DNA of 64,000 nt from Octopus vulgaris (Eukaryota). Numbering within the stretch: the stretch's first letter is position 1; each line of letters starts with the position of its first letter. The notes under the pieces were generated by a model. That model made no database searches and was not told the DNA's origin. It saw only the letters and a program-made list of their open reading frames with translations. The translations under genes and the position numbers were made by a program. Location of the stretch: contig OX597835.1 of assembly GCA_951406725.2 (NCBI GenBank), forward strand, positions 36,394,001-36,458,000, read 5' to 3'. Of the stretch, positions 59,509 to 64,000 are shown piece by piece.

Positions 59509-59807
59509 TCACCGTGACCGACCAGGCTATCAGATGTTGCTACACATCGCTGGTCACAATGCGCTTCGCATTGTTTAGCCTTCAAATGACGCCACCCCGC
59601 TGGCTAAGCGAGCAGGCCAACAGAAGAAAGAGTGAGAGAAAGTTGTGGCGAAAAGGTACAGCAGGGATCACCATCACCCGCTGCCGGAGCCTCGTGGATC
59701 TTTAGGTGTTTTCGCTCAATAAACACTCACGACGCACGGTCTGGGAATCGAAACCGCGATCCTGCAATCACGAGTCCACTGCCTTAACCACTGGGCCATT
59801 GCGCCTC

Positions 59808-59808
<1 letters not shown>
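59509..59808 (-). mobile_element. SINE family C with RTE-like tail
   Basis: Reverse-complement homolog of 8683-8982. Confidence 0.85.
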
Positions 59809-59842
<34 letters not shown>

Positions 59843-59895
59843 CAACAATTGAGGGTAAAATTAATTAATCAATTATATATTATATATTATATATA

Positions 59896-59961
<66 letters not shown>

Positions 59962-60178
59962 ATATAATGAGGAAAATGAAAACGCAAATCCTAGGCAGTC
60001 AAACAAATTCCTGAAATCATAAATGAAGATATCCAATCAATCTAATTGAATAATACATATTTATACACATCAACATAAATCATGCATGTACAGGCGTAAA
60101 GATTTTTCGCATTGGCTCTCCATAAGCACTCCGTAAATAGCCCATACTTTCTATAACATACTTAATATCATATCATAT

Positions 60179-60320
<142 letters not shown>

Positions 60321-60409
60321 GCACATATACATATATTCAATTTACAAAGAAAGATCAAGAGGAACAGTTACAGGAGAGCCCAAATATCACAAGAAATTAG
60401 TAATCCAAT

Positions 60410-60451
<42 letters not shown>

Positions 60452-60501
60452 CGAAATAATACATTTCTAAATATTTCAGAGAGATTTATGTAGTTGTGGT
60501 A

Positions 60502-60758
60502 CGATAAAGTAGTTGTATACTGTCAACTTAATGTGACAGTCCCATGAAGGGAATCATGCTACTGCTATTTAGCCCTAGGAAGCAGTAACGCTTCCTGTCG
60601 GCTTTGACACATTTGCTGTGTCCTTATGTTTACAAGGGGGAGATAAGCTCCTTCACCCAGCTAAGCCTGCATCCAAGGACTAGTTTCTTATATATTTGCA
60701 AAGGCTAGATAGGCATCTCCAACTAGCAAGCCATGCTACACCAGACTGATGACGAGCA
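60502..60758. mobile_element. Rearranged copy of the 57570-57830 hammerhead element
   Basis: 60502-60688 is the reverse complement of the downstream half; 60690-60758 is the upstream half in direct orientation. Confidence 0.8.
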
Positions 60759-60941
60759 TATATATATGTATATACGACGGGATTCTTTCAGTTTCTGTCT
60801 ACCAGATCCATTACGAGGCTTTGGTCAGCCCGAAGGCTATAGTAGAAGACACTCGACCAAGGTGCCACGCAGTGGGATTGAACCCGGAACCATGTGTTTG
60901 GGAAGCAAGCTTCTTACCACAAAACCACTCATATGTATGTG

Positions 60942-61074
<133 letters not shown>

Positions 61075-61235
61075 ATGTATATATATATATGTGCATATAT
61101 ATGCATATATGTATATATATATATACGTATATACATGTGTGTGTATATACACACACACACACACATATATATATATGTGTGTGTGTGTGTATATATATAT
61201 GTATGTATGTATGTATGTATATATGTATATATATG

Positions 61236-61302
<67 letters not shown>

Positions 61303-61697
61303 GCGCTAATGCATTTGTTTTGCAAGATTCTTGATGTGGAAACGTGTGTTGAAACAGATGTTGCTATACTTGGGAATGGTCATTTCTTTTTGCCAATTAA
61401 ACACACGATATTTATTTGATCTTCACTTTAGTTTTTATTCGTATCATTTTCAGTTGATACGTTTGTCAAAGTTCTGACCTCAACAGCGACTCTCTATCCC
61501 ATGTGTCTTCTTTTACCATGCTTAATTCCATTTTGTCATTCTAGAGACAAAAACGCATGATTTATAGCAAAATTTGACCGCTGGTGCCAAAGAAAATAGG
61601 GTGCAAAATGGTTTTGGTTGGCAAAGCAAGATTAGAACGTCTTCGGACATACGACTATTTGTCCAACATGAAATTTAAAAAAACCTCAAGCTAACAA

Positions 61698-62312
61698 GCC
61701 ACCATCACCACAACCATTACCACCATCACCACCACATCAACGACAATCACAGTAACTACAACCACCAACACTACCACCACCACCATCACCATTACAATAA
61801 CCACCATAACCACCACAACCACCAACACCACAATCACCACAACCACAACCACCACAACCACAACCATCACCACAACACCACCACCACAACCACCACCACC
61901 ACAACCACCACAACCACCGCAACCACCCCCACAAACACCACAACCACAAACACTACAATCGCCACCACCACAACCACCAACACCACAATCATCACCACCA
62001 CAACCACAACCACTGCAACCACCACCACCACAACCACTACCACCACAAACACCACAACGACCAACACCACAATCACCACCACCATAACCACTACAACCAC
62101 CACAACCACAACCACCACAACCACCGCAACCACTCCACCACAACCACAACCATCACCAACACAACCACAACCACCACCACCCCAACCACTACCACCAACA
62201 ACACCACAACCACCAACACCACAACCACCAACACCACAACCACCACCATAATCTCGATCACAACAACTACAACCACCACCACAATCACTTCCACCACAAC
62301 CGCAGCCACTAC
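61698..62312. repeat. (CCA/CAA)n degenerate microsatellite
   Basis: Directly visible. Confidence 0.85.
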
Positions 62313-62799
62313 GATATCCGAACAATTACTATAATTGCCATACTAAACTGGGATCTCCCCATAGTTGTAATTAGTGCACAGGGCAAGGGTGGGACCCTAC
62401 CCTGTGCACGGCGCCAGGGAGATACGATAAAAACCGACACTATGAACTGTATGGGCTGTTGTTGTTTAGCCCCCGGTCAACCCCTGATCGAGCAGAACTA
62501 TGATGAAAGATCCTTCACCGTTGATCATCATTTCGTCCTTTACTTGCGCTGAGGAAGCAACACTGCTTTGTCTGATGTGTCCTGTTTTAAGACAACCTAG
62601 GGTTTGTGCGATTTGGGATAGGGAAGAATTGGGGGAGATTTGAGGGAGATTTGGCTGCTCGGTTTTCGCTCATCGAAGCGAATCTCAACGTAGAGATGGG
62701 CTTATGACGGTGATGGTTGGTGGTGGGGGTAGTACAAATGTGGTGGTGATTGGGAGGAGGAGATGACGGATGGTGGTGTGTGCCAACGATTGAAAATAA

Positions 62800-62934
62800 A
62801 GGAGAGGAATAAAGAGTCTAAATAGGGGGAGAGAAGAAGAGAATGGGATAGAGATAAACAGAAAGAAAGATATAGGGAGAGAGAGAGAAGAAGAAGAAGA
62901 AGAAGAAGAAGAAGAAGAAGAAGAAGAAGAAGAA

Positions 62935-63002
<68 letters not shown>

Positions 63003-63197
63003 TGGAGGGAGAAAGACTTAAACAGATAGAAAAAAAGAGAGGAAGAGAAAGGGAGAAAGAGAGATAGGAAACGGAAACAGACAGGATGAGGGAAAGAAGA
63101 AGGATAGAAAGAGGAAGGCAGAAAGAAAGAATGAAAGAAAGAATGAAAGAAAGAAAGAAAGAGAAAGAGAAAAAGAAAGGAAAGAAGGAAGGAAGGA

Positions 63198-63228
<31 letters not shown>

Positions 63229-63362
63229 GAAAGAAAGAAAGAAAGGAAATAAATAAAGAAAGAAAGAAAGAAAGCAGGAAAGAAAGAAAGAAAGAAAGAA
63301 AGAATACGTCAGAGAGACAGGTAAACAGACTTGGAGGGGGAAGAAAGAGGAAGGGGAGGAAA
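62800..63362. repeat. Polypurine (GAA/GAAA)n tract
   Basis: Directly visible. Confidence 0.85.
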
Positions 63363-63726
63363 ATTACCCCCGTTATTAGCATTTCCCCCCTTTTCTTTAG
63401 ACGAAACCCTTTTCTTCCCCTATGTAAAATAGGGCGGGGTAGCGTTTATCTCTCCCTCTCCCCATTCAGGGTGCAAGGGTGTTGAAAACGTATTAATATG
63501 AACGGATGATATTTAAATATAATTACTAATATTTGAGTAGGGTCCACAAGGGTTATTTTTAGGGATCTCTCTCACTCTTTCTCTCTCTTTCTCTCGACCC
63601 CTAATTTCATCAAAATACACCCACTTTCGAGTTTCGTCTTCCCTAATATTCGATTTAAGTATATAATCTCTTGTTATTGTCTGAGGAAGAGAGTTTGTGT
63701 GTGTATGTGTAGTGTTTGCTTGTGGG

Positions 63727-63786
<60 letters not shown>

Positions 63787-64000
63787 TGTGTGTGTGTGTG
63801 TGGTTACATGAATGGTAGTGCGGTTGAAAATGTGCGCTTGTACGAAGGTCAGAATGCTGTATGTGTGTGTGTATGTATATGTGACTGTGTATGTGCGTTT
63901 GTGTTTGACTGTATGTTTGTATACGTGTGTATGTGTTTCTGTGTGATCGTGTGTATGTGCCTGTGTGTGATGCATGTGTCTCTTACGTATGAGTGTGTGT

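Noticed and set aside
61691-62325. Gly/Cys-rich keratin-associated-like ORF
   Set aside because: Degenerate (GGT/TGT)n microsatellite that shifts frame into poly-Val.

Overview
Eukaryotic, AT-rich, gene-poor (intergenic or intronic) DNA, most likely from an octopus or other coleoid cephalopod; this is inferred from the SINE families and the extreme microsatellite load. No intact host protein-coding exon was recognised, and most ORF-track entries are microsatellite translations. The window holds many tRNA-derived SINEs, RTE and R4/Dong LINE fragments, mariner/Tc1 relics, non-autonomous Helitrons, MITEs and a ~3.4-kb (CATA)n array. Three things stand out. (1) A ~4.5-kb palindrome (2700-7162) has a Penelope-like GIY-YIG endonuclease fragment in its spacer, and each arm carries a hammerhead ribozyme (HHR). 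(2) At least three further, unrelated HHR-bearing short repeat families occur, including a 476-bp retrozyme-like tandem/inverted unit and a group with a variant core. (3) There are several local footprints of template switching. All identifications come from reading the sequence by eye; no searches or folding programs were run.
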